64,000 bases of DNA from positions 224,988 through 288,987 of the forward strand of contig JBDRCX010000006.1 of assembly GCA_043821365.1 (NCBI GenBank), read 5' to 3'. Position numbers and translations under genes: made by a program. The stretch comes from Candidatus Micrarchaeota archaeon. GTDB lineage: Archaea; Micrarchaeota; Micrarchaeia; Anstonellales; Bilamarchaeaceae. How positions within the stretch are numbered: position 1 is the first letter of the stretch; each line of letters starts with the position of its first letter. Below, piece by piece: positions 16,862 to 26,345 of this stretch. Below the pieces are notes generated by a model. That model made no database searches and was not told the DNA's origin. It saw only the letters and a list, made by a program, of their open reading frames with translations.

Positions 16862-18442
16862 CTATATTTCAAGTTCGCAAATATAAATATCAAAATCAAG
16901 ACCAAAATTATTCATTAATTCTTGTTTTACCTTACCAAAAACACCAACTTCTTTTTTATCAATCAAAACAACGCACGATGTTTCAGATTCAAAAATACTA
17001 TTCTCTTTTTTCTCCAAATCACATTTTAGCCCAGCTTCAACAGCAACAGTCTGTAAATAACCCCGCATACCAGAAAAATCTAAAGTCTTATCCATAATAC
17101 CAAAAACCAGCCTCTTTTTTGTTTTTTTCTGATGTACCTCCCCTATCTCATAAAATTTTTGGGGAACTGGCTTCATTTTATTTATGGTAAACACTTCTAA
17201 TAACGGCCCAATCAAACTTGGTCTGACCACACAATAGTCTATATTATTTGGGTTCTCGATTTCAACAACATCCTCTTCCAGACCCAAAACCCCCAACCGT
17301 TCCTTATTTGTTAATGTAAATGTTTTCAATTCTAAGAACCCCATCCCTCTCATTATATCATCAATATAATCCCATCTTTTTTTCCTATTACCAACAGTAA
17401 AGAAACCAGGCACAGTTGGTATGAAGTTATTATATCCATAGGCAATAGCTATATCTTCAATAATATCTATTTCACCCAAAATATCTGCTCGGTATGGTGG
17501 TATGCTAACCACTCCTTTTTCATAATCATAACCCATCTTTTTCAGGAGTTTTTCAATTTCTATTTGTTTCAATTCAATTCCTAATATCCTAACTACTTTT
17601 TTTGTATCCAATTTCATCTTATTTAGTTTTAAATTTGGTGTAATGAAACTTTCTTTTTCGTATTTCATCAACACATCATAAACACTTCCACCCATATCTG
17701 AAAAAGTACAAACCAAAATATTTAGGGCTGATTTACAAATCTCAAGATCAGAACCAGTTACTTCTATAAAAATCTCTTTTGTTGTTTCATCTACTTTCCC
17801 TGTTTCTGCAGAATTAACAACCGGTATCAATGCCATCATTTTTTCATTAGCATCAATAAACACAGGGTATCGTTCTTTTCCTTTTAACAAATGCCCATAT
17901 TCCTGTCCTTTTTTATGTTCATTTAATATCTCGTCAGCACTCATCTCCTTTTCATGTCCCAGTGGTCGATATTTTATTTCTCCGGGTTTTTTTGTTGTAT
18001 ATTTAACTGGGAAAACAATTCCACCTAATGGATAAACACCAAGACCAAATTTTTTCACTTTTCTTCCTAAAGTTCCTAATAATTTTTCTTGCAACAACAC
18101 CATATCTCGTATTTTTTGATCATCAAAACAAAGTCCTTTTACAACAGCACAAACAGTGTATGGCCGTATTGTGTTGACTGATTTATCTACAACAACAACA
18201 TAATCTGAATTATTTGTTTTATATTTTGGAATTTTTTTATTGTGGTAAGCGCGCAATGCTCTAGCCAATCCTTCCATTGAATACCAATCTGGTCTGTTTG
18301 GTGTAAGCTCTGTTATTATTTTTTTTGTTTCTGGTTCGTATTCCGAAGGAGCACCCAATTCACTTAATGATAAAATAATTTGATCTTTAGGTAAATCAAT
18401 TAATTTTTTCATTTCTTCATAGCTATATTCTACAACTACCAT
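16862..18442 (-). CDS. pheT: Phenylalanine--tRNA ligase beta subunit, archaeal type
   Basis: 526 aa with B3/4 and B5-like regions. Typical archaeal N-terminus MVVVEYSYEEMKKLIDL. Start overlaps the purF stop by 1 nt (TAATG). Confidence 0.85.
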   Translation of the reverse strand: MVVVEYSYEEMKKLIDLPKDQIILSLSELGAPSEYEPETKKIITELTPNRPDWYSMEGLARALRAYHNKKIPKYKTNNSDYVVVVDKSVNTIRPYTVCAVVKGLCFDDQKIRDMVLLQEKLLGTLGRKVKKFGLGVYPLGGIVFPVKYTTKKPGEIKYRPLGHEKEMSADEILNEHKKGQEYGHLLKGKERYPVFIDANEKMMALIPVVNSAETGKVDETTKEIFIEVTGSDLEICKSALNILVCTFSDMGGSVYDVLMKYEKESFITPNLKLNKMKLDTKKVVRILGIELKQIEIEKLLKKMGYDYEKGVVSIPPYRADILGEIDIIEDIAIAYGYNNFIPTVPGFFTVGNRKKRWDYIDDIMRGMGFLELKTFTLTNKERLGVLGLEEDVVEIENPNNIDYCVVRPSLIGPLLEVFTINKMKPVPQKFYEIGEVHQKKTKKRLVFGIMDKTLDFSGMRGYLQTVAVEAGLKCDLEKKENSIFESETSCVVLIDKKEVGVFGKVKQELMNNFGLDFDIYICELEI

Positions 18443-19854
18443 TACAATTCACCAGCCTTTACCTTTGCTGCATAATCCACTACATATTTCGTCGGGTAAT
18501 CTTCATTAAGGCAGCCAGTACATAAGGGAAGTCCAAGAGCTTCCTTAAGCCCCTCAATTGATATATAATGAAGGCTGTCTGCATCTAAATATTTTCCTAT
18601 TTCTCCAACTGTTTTTTTATTTGCTATTAATTCGTTATATGTTGACATATCCACACCATAAAAACAAGGTGCCTTTACTGGTGGGCAAGTTATCCTCAAA
18701 TGAACTTCTTTTGCTCCTGCACCCCTTACAAGAGCTACAATCTCTTTGAGTGTAGTGCCCCTAACAATACTATCATCAACTAATACAATTCGTTTACCCT
18801 CAATGATACTTTTTAATGGATTTAATTTTAATTTAACTGCATCAACTCTTTTTTCTTGGTTCGGCATGATGAATGTTCTGCCTATATACCTGTTTTTGAT
18901 CAATCCTTCTTCATATGAAATATTGAGTGCATTTGCATAACTTGCTGCAGCGGGCCGTGACGTGTCTGGTACTGCAACTACTACATCTGCTTTTACTGGC
19001 GCTTCTTTTGCTAGTCTCTCACCCAACTTCCGTCGTGCCGTATATACACAAACATCATTTAGTACAGAATCAGGTCTTGCAAAATATACATATTCAAACA
19101 TACAATGCCGTGGCTCTTTTTTCTTTACCATCCTTCTATCTATTTTTCCATCATTGATTATTACTCGTTCTCCACCTTTAACAATTCCTTTGTATGGTAT
19201 GTTGTTGATATCCAAAGCAACAGTTTCAGAAGCAAAACAAATCAAATCCTCACTTTCCCCCCATACCAAAGGCCGAATTGCGTGTGGGTCTCTAAAAATA
19301 ATCAACTTATTTTGAAAGATTACTACATCAGAATAAGATCCCTCAACAGTAGTCATTACTGTTTCTATTCCTTTTTCTATATCTTTTTTATCATGTATAA
19401 TGTACGCAATTGGCTCAGAATCTACAGTACTGTCAAAAGTATAACTCTTACTTTCAAGATGTTTTTTCAATTCATCATAATTGGCAACATGCCCATTATG
19501 CGCAGTTGCTATTCCTTGGAACACAGTTGGCTGAACATCACACTCTCTACACTCACCTATCGTCGGATATCTAGTATGCCCTATCCCAATATGTCCTTTT
19601 GCTTTAAGGTTTTCTGGTTTGAATATTTGGTCAACTACACCAACCCCCCTGTGTAGTTCTATCTTTTTCCCATCAAAAACAGCAAACCCCGCAGCGTCTT
19701 GGCCTCTATGTTGCAGTGCAATTAAAGCACGGTATAGGTATGGGGCAACGTCTGCTCTGCTTTTTGAGTATATCCCAACTATCCCACATTCTTCTCTCTT
19801 TTCCTCATCCCAAGTAGTAGAATCACTCGTACCAAAATAAGTAGTTATTACCAT
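18442..19854 (-). CDS. purF: Amidophosphoribosyltransferase
   Basis: ECGIVGIY with the N-terminal nucleophile Cys23, HRGQDAAG, HTRY, PRTase loop VLVDDSIVRGTT, and C-terminal Cys ligands (CFYG, CTGC). Confidence 0.9.
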   Translation of the reverse strand: MVITTYFGTSDSTTWDEEKREECGIVGIYSKSRADVAPYLYRALIALQHRGQDAAGFAVFDGKKIELHRGVGVVDQIFKPENLKAKGHIGIGHTRYPTIGECRECDVQPTVFQGIATAHNGHVANYDELKKHLESKSYTFDSTVDSEPIAYIIHDKKDIEKGIETVMTTVEGSYSDVVIFQNKLIIFRDPHAIRPLVWGESEDLICFASETVALDINNIPYKGIVKGGERVIINDGKIDRRMVKKKEPRHCMFEYVYFARPDSVLNDVCVYTARRKLGERLAKEAPVKADVVVAVPDTSRPAAASYANALNISYEEGLIKNRYIGRTFIMPNQEKRVDAVKLKLNPLKSIIEGKRIVLVDDSIVRGTTLKEIVALVRGAGAKEVHLRITCPPVKAPCFYGVDMSTYNELIANKKTVGEIGKYLDADSLHYISIEGLKEALGLPLCTGCLNEDYPTKYVVDYAAKVKAGEL

Positions 19855-19922
19855 ATCTGTTATATATTCAGTTTGCTTTTAATCTTTTCTAGCTATTCAT
19901 ATTATGTCAAGGTGTAATTTTT

Positions 19923-21083
19923 ATGAGACGAGTTGCAATTATAGGAGCTGGTATGACAACATTTGGCGAGCACTGGGAACAGGGCTTTAGGGATCTTGTT
20001 GTTGAAGCTGGAATCAAAGCAATTACAGACGCAGGAATCTCAGGTGATCAAATAAATGCTGGTTTTATTGGGACTATGGCCTCTGGCAGATTAATTGGTC
20101 AGGAACATATTGGAGGACTTATAGCAGATTACATGGGACTTACTCCAATACCAATTACTCGTGTTGAGGGAGCGTGTGCATCTGGTGCATTAGCGTTGAG
20201 ACAGGGGGTTATGGCAGTTGCGTCTGGCATGCACGATTTGGTAGTTGTTGGTGGAGTAGAAAAAATGACTGATTTGGGTGTTAACACAGTTAGTGATATT
20301 CTTGGAGGGGCAGGAGACCAAGAATGGGAGCTTTTTTTAGGTGCGACATTCCCTGCAATCTATGCTTTAATGGCAAAACGTCATATGTTAGAATATAATA
20401 CAACAGAAGAAATGCTTGCAAGTGTTGCTGTGAAAAACCACAAACACGGAGCAAAAAACAAATATGCACAATTTCAAAAAGAAATAACCATTGATGCAGT
20501 ACTAAAATCAAAAATGATCGCAGACCCATTGAAAGTTTTCGATTGCTCTCCAATTAGTGATGGTGCTGCAGGGGTCATACTTGCACCTTTGGACATGGCA
20601 CATAGTTTCACTAAAAAACCAATTGAAATAATTGCAAGTGCTCAAGCAAGTGACAGCATTGCATTACAATCAAGAGAAACATTATCTAGTCTCAAAGCAA
20701 CTCAGGTTGCTGGTAAAAAAGCATATGAGATGGCAAAACTATCACCTAAAGACATTAATTTTGCTGAACTTCACGATTGTTTTACTATTGCAGAGATAAT
20801 GGCAATTGAAGATCTTGGTTTCTTCCCTAAAGGACAAGGGGGTCCTGCATCTTTAGAAGGAAAAACTAGTTTTGGTGGAGAAATAGTGACAAATACTTCT
20901 GGCGGGCTGAAAGCCTGTGGCCATCCTGTTGGCGCCACTGGTATAAAACAAGCGGTTGAATGTGTTTGGCAACTTCGAGGAGAAGCAGAAGGCAGACAAG
21001 TTAAAGATGCGCATATTGGTTTAAGCCAAAATGTTGGTGGAAGTGGTGCAACTGCGGTTGTTCATATTTATAAAAATCTTTGA
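19923..21083 (+). CDS. Archaeal thiolase (acetyl-CoA C-acetyltransferase, SCP-x type)
   Basis: MRRVAIIGAGMTTFGEHW, active-site EGACASG, HDCF, SGGLKACGHPVGATG. Confidence 0.85.
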   Translation: MRRVAIIGAGMTTFGEHWEQGFRDLVVEAGIKAITDAGISGDQINAGFIGTMASGRLIGQEHIGGLIADYMGLTPIPITRVEGACASGALALRQGVMAVASGMHDLVVVGGVEKMTDLGVNTVSDILGGAGDQEWELFLGATFPAIYALMAKRHMLEYNTTEEMLASVAVKNHKHGAKNKYAQFQKEITIDAVLKSKMIADPLKVFDCSPISDGAAGVILAPLDMAHSFTKKPIEIIASAQASDSIALQSRETLSSLKATQVAGKKAYEMAKLSPKDINFAELHDCFTIAEIMAIEDLGFFPKGQGGPASLEGKTSFGGEIVTNTSGGLKACGHPVGATGIKQAVECVWQLRGEAEGRQVKDAHIGLSQNVGGSGATAVVHIYKNL

Positions 21084-21129
21084 TTCTTTTAAAATTCTAG
21101 TTTTAACTTCTTAAATAAAAAACAAAGAA

Positions 21130-21708
21130 TTAAGGTGATGAACATGCACCATTATTACATTGGCAATTGTATTCTGTTGAAACTACTGCTCCATTAGAAC
21201 AATAAAATTCAATCAATTGGTTTGGTCCGTTACAATAATCTGTTTGGTTAGCTACATCGTTATATGTGGTTCCAGAAGAGTTAAATACAATCCCTCCATC
21301 ACCATCAGTACATGGACCATTACCAGAATTATTGGTGTTCTTACCAAATAACCAGTCAAAAAATCCACCGACTCCTTTGCCTCTAAATAGGTCGCTGTCT
21401 AATCCCAATTTAAATCTCTGTGGTTTTTCTCTTTGTAATCCCTTACCAGTATCAAAAAAATCAACTGACCCAGATTTATAATAATCAAATACTTTTGTTT
21501 TTGGTGTAGATGACCTTGCAATTCCAACCCCTAAATTCATAAGGTTTCCTCCTGTGAAACCAAACATCGCTTTTCCAACGTTATCACAAAACTCATTTGG
21601 CGATCCACCACTACAAATAGTATGGGGATCACTAGGGGGAGGAGCCTGTACGGCTGCAAACACAATTCCACCAAGAACAAAAACCAACAAAACAGTCAAA
21701 ATTCTCAT
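21130..21708 (-). CDS. Secreted protein with one C-terminal six-Cys CxDxDGG module
   Basis: Signal peptide MRILTVLLVFVLGGIVFAAVQA. C-terminal CTDGDGGIVFNSSGTTYNDVANQTDYCNGPNQLIEFYCSNGAVVSTEYNCQCNNGACSSP matches the repeat unit of ORF 58989-60767. Confidence 0.5.
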   Translation of the reverse strand: MRILTVLLVFVLGGIVFAAVQAPPPSDPHTICSGGSPNEFCDNVGKAMFGFTGGNLMNLGVGIARSSTPKTKVFDYYKSGSVDFFDTGKGLQREKPQRFKLGLDSDLFRGKGVGGFFDWLFGKNTNNSGNGPCTDGDGGIVFNSSGTTYNDVANQTDYCNGPNQLIEFYCSNGAVVSTEYNCQCNNGACSSP

Positions 21709-21779
21709 ATGTTTATTTCTACATCCAAGCTTTTTAAATCTGGCTTACGCTAGGTTTTCTAATAAAAAAAAAGATAAAA

Positions 21780-22202
21780 TTAGTTTCTATTCTTTATTAA
21801 CATCTGTTCCTTTCCTATCATTGTGACTTGTGGTTTTCCATGATTGGCTCTATTATATAACATTCCATGCCAATCACCCAAACCAAAAGTTTCGTCCAGA
21901 AGCTTGATTACTTCTTTTTCATCAAAAATTCTACATGAATACAAGTCAAAATAAATTTCGTTCTCTCCGTTTTCATGAGTGAAAAGATGTAACGAACAAT
22001 GGCTGGTTGTAATCATTTGTACAAAGCTTTGACCAGGAAAATCAAGGTCTTCTGCGTCTGACCAATTTAACGGTCCAAGTGGTTTCATATTCACTGTCTT
22101 CATTAACCTATCCACAAAACGCTGCGCATCATCCTTTGGCAATGCCTTGAAATTCGGACTTATCTTAGCGTTCACAGTTATGTGTACATGTTCTAATTTC
22201 AT
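21780..22202 (-). CDS. S-adenosylmethionine decarboxylase-family (pyruvoyl enzyme) homolog, divergent
   Basis: GQSFVQMITTSHCSLHLFTHE...YFDLYSCRIFD aligns with class-1 AdoMetDC G.SGVV.ISESH.TIHTWPE...DLFTCG. The cleavage dipeptide is T-S instead of E-S. Confidence 0.5.
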   Translation of the reverse strand: MKLEHVHITVNAKISPNFKALPKDDAQRFVDRLMKTVNMKPLGPLNWSDAEDLDFPGQSFVQMITTSHCSLHLFTHENGENEIYFDLYSCRIFDEKEVIKLLDETFGLGDWHGMLYNRANHGKPQVTMIGKEQMLIKNRN

Positions 22203-22482
22203 TTTGCATCTTGGTAAATTTCTTTTCGCTATAAATTTAAAAGCTTAATCCCAATTTCTCGAGATTAGGGCCAGATTTTTCATTTTTTTCTCCATTTGTT
22301 TTACAAATGCAGCAATGCTGTGGCTCAAATTTACCGTTTCTTCTTTTATTCTATTTATTTTAAAAACCTTTCATTCCACTTTTTGCAACTTTCCATTACC
22401 AATGATAATTCCAAAACATTATATAATACTAATCTGTAATTTTACTAAGGGCAGAGGGGCCTTATTTTTAGAGGAGAGAAAA

Positions 22483-23121
22483 ATGGAGATAGAAGTAGTA
22501 CCAGCTATTCTTGTAAAAAATAGGGAAGACCTCCTGCACCGCATCAATCTTGTTATTAATCTAGTAAAAGAAATACAGTTGGACATAATGGACGGAAAAT
22601 TTGTGCCGAACAAAACAATTGGTCTTGAGTCCCTCAGCAATCTCCCAGATACAATCTATGAATTTCATTGGATGGTTTTCGAACCAGAAAGATACATCGC
22701 ACAGATAAAAGGTCCAAATATTCATCTTGTACATGTGGAAACAATAACATCCATAAAGACAATTCAATCATCTGTGAAAAAGGCCGGGGGCAAACTTGGA
22801 TTTGCAATAAACCCAGAAACCCCATTAGAAAAATTATTACCATTGATCGAACAAACCAAACCTGTGAGAATTTTAATCATGACAGTCCATCCTGGATTTT
22901 CCGGTCAGAAATATATTATGGATATGAAAACCAAAATACAAAAACTTCGTTCACTCTATCCAAAACTAGATATAGAAGTCGATGGTGGTATAAACGAAGA
23001 AACTGGTCGCCATGCTTATGAAGCTGGCGCAAACATACTTGCAGCAGCAAGTTCAATCTTTTCTTCTTCAGATATAAAAAAATCAATTGATAATTTAAAA
23101 AAAATTGGTGGGTCAAAATGA
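22483..23121 (+). CDS. rpe: Ribulose-phosphate 3-epimerase
   Basis: VPAILV, DIMDGKFVPN, VHPGFSGQKY, VDGGIN. Start set to ATG 22483 (aggagagaaaaATG). Stop overlaps the tkt start (ATGA). Confidence 0.8.
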   Translation: MEIEVVPAILVKNREDLLHRINLVINLVKEIQLDIMDGKFVPNKTIGLESLSNLPDTIYEFHWMVFEPERYIAQIKGPNIHLVHVETITSIKTIQSSVKKAGGKLGFAINPETPLEKLLPLIEQTKPVRILIMTVHPGFSGQKYIMDMKTKIQKLRSLYPKLDIEVDGGINEETGRHAYEAGANILAAASSIFSSSDIKKSIDNLKKIGGSK

Positions 23122-23960
23122 AATTAGAAACAAAAGAATTGAAATTAATGGCCAATACAATCCGACAAGATATTGTAAAAATGTTGGTAGAAGCAAAGAG
23201 TGGCCATCCTGGCGGGTCTCTTGGCATGGCAGATATTTTTTCTGTGTTGTATTTTCATACTTTAAGACACGATCCAAAACTACCGAAATGGGAAGATAGA
23301 GATAGATTTGTTTTATCTAATGGTCACATCTGCCCTGTTCTTTATGCAACTTTAGCAAATGCAGATTATTTCCCCAAGAGCGAGCTTATGACTTTACGTA
23401 AAATTGGTTCTAAGCTACAAGGACACCCTCACAAAGGAACACTGCCAGGTATTGAAAACTCATCTGGCCCATTAGGCCAGGGAATTTCACAAGCAGTTGG
23501 AATGGCTATTGTTGCTAAAAAAGAAAAAAAATCATGGAGAGTATATTCTGTTGTTGGCGATGGGGAATTAAACGAAGGTCAGGCATGGGAAGCATTTATG
23601 CTTGCTTCCAAATACAAACTAGACAATCTTGTTTTCATAGTTGATAGAAATAACATTCAGATCGATGGGACTACGGACGAAGTGTTGCCTTTGGAACCAT
23701 TGGCAGATAAATTTCGTTCTTTTGGATTTGCAGTAATAGAAACTGCTGGAAATGATGTAAGTTCAATTATAAATGCATTAGAAAACACCAAAAAAATTTC
23801 CAACGAACCAATAGTTATAATTGCAAAAACAATGCCTGGAAAAGGAGTTTCATTTATGGAAGGTAAATTTAGTTGGCATGGAAAAGCACCAAACAAGGAA
23901 CAAGCTGAGCTTGCAATAACAGAACTTGAAAATGAAAGAAAATTATTGGAGGTGGCCTAA
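23118..23960 (+). CDS. Transketolase, N-terminal (TPP-binding) subunit
   Basis: GHPGGSLG, SNGH, GPLGQG, GDGELNEGQ.WEA. Split-gene arrangement typical of archaea. Confidence 0.9.
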   Translation: MKLETKELKLMANTIRQDIVKMLVEAKSGHPGGSLGMADIFSVLYFHTLRHDPKLPKWEDRDRFVLSNGHICPVLYATLANADYFPKSELMTLRKIGSKLQGHPHKGTLPGIENSSGPLGQGISQAVGMAIVAKKEKKSWRVYSVVGDGELNEGQAWEAFMLASKYKLDNLVFIVDRNNIQIDGTTDEVLPLEPLADKFRSFGFAVIETAGNDVSSIINALENTKKISNEPIVIIAKTMPGKGVSFMEGKFSWHGKAPNKEQAELAITELENERKLLEVA

Positions 23961-24926
23961 ATGCGTGTGCCCGATCTTTTTTCTGATAATATTCCAAAAA
24001 AAGCAAGTAGAGACGGTTTTGGTAAAGCATTGGTTGAGCTTGCTGAAAAAAATCCAAATATTTGGGCGCTAACTGCAGATGTTTCTGAGTCAACAAGAAC
24101 CCACTGGTTTGCAGAAAAATTTCCAGACAGATTTGTTCAAGTTGGAGTGGCAGAACAAAATCTTGCAGGTGTTGCTGCAGGAATTGCGGCATGTGATAAA
24201 ATCGCATTTATTTCCGCGTTTGCAGCATTTTCTCCAGGAAGAAACTTTGATCAGATTCGTGTTTCTATTTGCTATAACAAATCAAATGTGAAAATACATG
24301 CATCTCATGCTGGAGTTAGTGTTGGTCCTGATGGTGCCTCCCATCAAATTCTTGAAGATATTGCAATGATGCGTGCGCTTCCTAATATGGTTGTTGTTGT
24401 TCCTGCTGATGTTGAAGAAGCAAAAAAAGCAACATTACAATCTGTGAAATACGATCAACCAGTCTACATACGCACCTCTCGTGAAAACACACCTGTTTTT
24501 ACTACTCCAGAAACACCATTTGAAATCGGCAAAGCTCTGGTTTTGAAAGATGGCAAAGACATCGCAATCTTTGCATGTGGTTTACAGGTGTATCAGGCAC
24601 TTAAGGCAGCTGAGGTATTAGAAAGAAAAGGATTTAGTGCAGCTGTCATCAATCTTCACACAATCAAACCAATTGATATTGATACAATTGTGTTATATGC
24701 TAAAAAATGCAAATTTATCCTCACTGCAGAAGACCATCAGATTAATGGCGGTATGGGAAGTGCAGTTGCAGAAGTTCTTTCTGAACATCACCCAACAAAA
24801 ATGAAACGTCTTGGGATGCGTGATAGCTTTGCAGAATCAGGTAACTGTACAGAACTTTACAAAAAATATGGTTTAGATGCAGAAGGAATAGAAAAAGCTG
24901 CCATGGGTATGTTAATTATTGAATAG
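23961..24926 (+). CDS. Transketolase, C-terminal (pyrimidine-binding) subunit
   Basis: FVQVGVAEQN, GPDGASHQ..EDIAMMRALPNM. ATG directly follows the TAA of the N-terminal subunit. Confidence 0.9.
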   Translation: MRVPDLFSDNIPKKASRDGFGKALVELAEKNPNIWALTADVSESTRTHWFAEKFPDRFVQVGVAEQNLAGVAAGIAACDKIAFISAFAAFSPGRNFDQIRVSICYNKSNVKIHASHAGVSVGPDGASHQILEDIAMMRALPNMVVVVPADVEEAKKATLQSVKYDQPVYIRTSRENTPVFTTPETPFEIGKALVLKDGKDIAIFACGLQVYQALKAAEVLERKGFSAAVINLHTIKPIDIDTIVLYAKKCKFILTAEDHQINGGMGSAVAEVLSEHHPTKMKRLGMRDSFAESGNCTELYKKYGLDAEGIEKAAMGMLIIE

Positions 24927-24952
24927 TTACGGAGTATACTAAAGGTGAGATT

Positions 24953-25273
24953 ATGAAATTAGGGGTTGTTATATCCACTAATGATGCGGAAACCGTCTGG
25001 AATGCCTTTCGCATAGCAAATTTTTCCAAAAAAGAAGGCGATGCGGTGAAGGTTTTTTTGGTTGGTATGTCGGTTGAATACGAAAAATATTCCGAAACAA
25101 AATTTCCTTCAAAAGAAGAAGCACAAAAATTTATTATGGCAGGAGGAGAGATCCTAGCCTGCGGTACGTGTATGAAGTCAAGAAACCAATCATATGTGCC
25201 ACTATGTCCAATTGCTTCGCTTAAAGACCTTTACGCTATAATAAAAGAAAGTGATAAAGTAGTTTCTTTCTAA
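24953..25273 (+). CDS. DsrE/DsrF-like family small protein
   Basis: 106 aa: MKLGVVISTNDAETVWNAFRIAN...VFLVG...ILACGTCMKSRN. SD aaaggtgag upstream. Confidence 0.45.
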   Translation: MKLGVVISTNDAETVWNAFRIANFSKKEGDAVKVFLVGMSVEYEKYSETKFPSKEEAQKFIMAGGEILACGTCMKSRNQSYVPLCPIASLKDLYAIIKESDKVVSF

Positions 25274-25282
25274 GGTGTTATT

Positions 25283-25936
25283 ATGAAATTCTTCTTAGAT
25301 ACTGCCAATCTAGATTCAATAAAGAAAGCCGTAGAGCTAGGCATGTGCGATGGAATAACAACAAATCCAACTATCATTTTTAGGGAAGGAAAAGACCACA
25401 AAGAAACAATAATTGAAATCGGTAAACTAGTGGCTGGCCCTATATCAATTGAGAGTGTTGGTGAAACAGCAGAAAAGATGGTTGAAGACGGCAAGGAATT
25501 TGCCAAATGGGTTAAGACTCCTGTAATCAAAGTGCCAATGACAAAGGAAGGTCTCCGCGCTGTTCGAATGTTTAATGATCTTGGGATCCAAACAAACGTG
25601 ACATTAGTTTTTAGTGCATCTCAAGCACTTCTTGCAGCAAAAGCAGGTGCAACCTATGTGTCTCCTTTTGTGGGTAGATTGGATGACATCGGAAAAGATG
25701 GCATGGCACTTATTCACGAAATCGTCCAGATCTTCAAAAATTATAATTTTAAGACCGAAGTTATTGTGGCGTCAGTGCGTTCATTGAAACATGTTGAAGA
25801 AGCAGCAAAAGCAGGAGCACACATAGCAACAATTCCACCTAAAGTTTACGAACAAATGTGGAAACATGAACTTACTGATAAAGGAATTGAAATGTTTAAT
25901 GCTGATTATAAAAAATCACTGGAGGCTAAAAAATGA
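25283..25936 (+). CDS. Transaldolase (short TalC/fructose-6-phosphate aldolase type)
   Basis: [27 protein letters not shown] (Schiff-base Lys), SPFVGR. Confidence 0.85.
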   Translation: MKFFLDTANLDSIKKAVELGMCDGITTNPTIIFREGKDHKETIIEIGKLVAGPISIESVGETAEKMVEDGKEFAKWVKTPVIKVPMTKEGLRAVRMFNDLGIQTNVTLVFSASQALLAAKAGATYVSPFVGRLDDIGKDGMALIHEIVQIFKNYNFKTEVIVASVRSLKHVEEAAKAGAHIATIPPKVYEQMWKHELTDKGIEMFNADYKKSLEAKK

Positions 25937-26343
25937 GAGAATCTATCCCGCTTACTTGGAGAAGAATTCCAGAAAGATATAGGATGATTGGCGTAACCTG
26001 CAAAACATGTAATTCTGCATATTTTCCAAAACGTACTATATGCCCTAAATGCAGACGAAAAGGAGACGTTCATGAGGTACAATTTGCCGGAACTGGTAAA
26101 GTTTATTCATTTACTGAAGTAAGCGCACCTCCTGATGGTTTTGAGGACCAAATCCCATATGTTCTTGCAATAATCGAATTGGACGAAGGAGCGAAGATTA
26201 CTGGGCAGATCGTTGATGCTCATAAGAAAGATGTTACAATTGGTTCACGCGTAGAAAAAGTGTTCAGAGTCATACAAAGGGACGATCCAGAAGGCCTTAT
26301 ACATTATGGTTTCAAATTCAAACTTACTGAACAAAAAGGATAA
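25933..26343 (+). CDS. DUF35 zinc-ribbon/OB-fold protein (thiolase/HMG-CoA synthase scaffold family)
   Basis: [22 protein letters not shown] rubredoxin-like ribbon followed by an OB-like segment ([19 protein letters not shown]). ATGA overlap with transaldolase. Confidence 0.7.
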   Translation: MRESIPLTWRRIPERYRMIGVTCKTCNSAYFPKRTICPKCRRKGDVHEVQFAGTGKVYSFTEVSAPPDGFEDQIPYVLAIIELDEGAKITGQIVDAHKKDVTIGSRVEKVFRVIQRDDPEGLIHYGFKFKLTEQKG

Positions 26344-26345
26344 CT

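Noticed and set aside
18558-19840. Chain of plus-strand ORFs inside purF (for example 19105-19656, 183 aa; 18962-19315, 117 aa).
   Set aside because: They are antisense to an unambiguous purF reading frame. The translations are low-complexity and motif-free.
22315-22482. 56-codon N-terminal extension of rpe proposed by the ORF track.
   Set aside because: The extension is Phe/Ile/Leu-rich AT-rich spacer with TATA-like elements. The conserved RPE sequence begins at MEIEVVPAILV, whose ATG at 22483 is preceded by aggagag.
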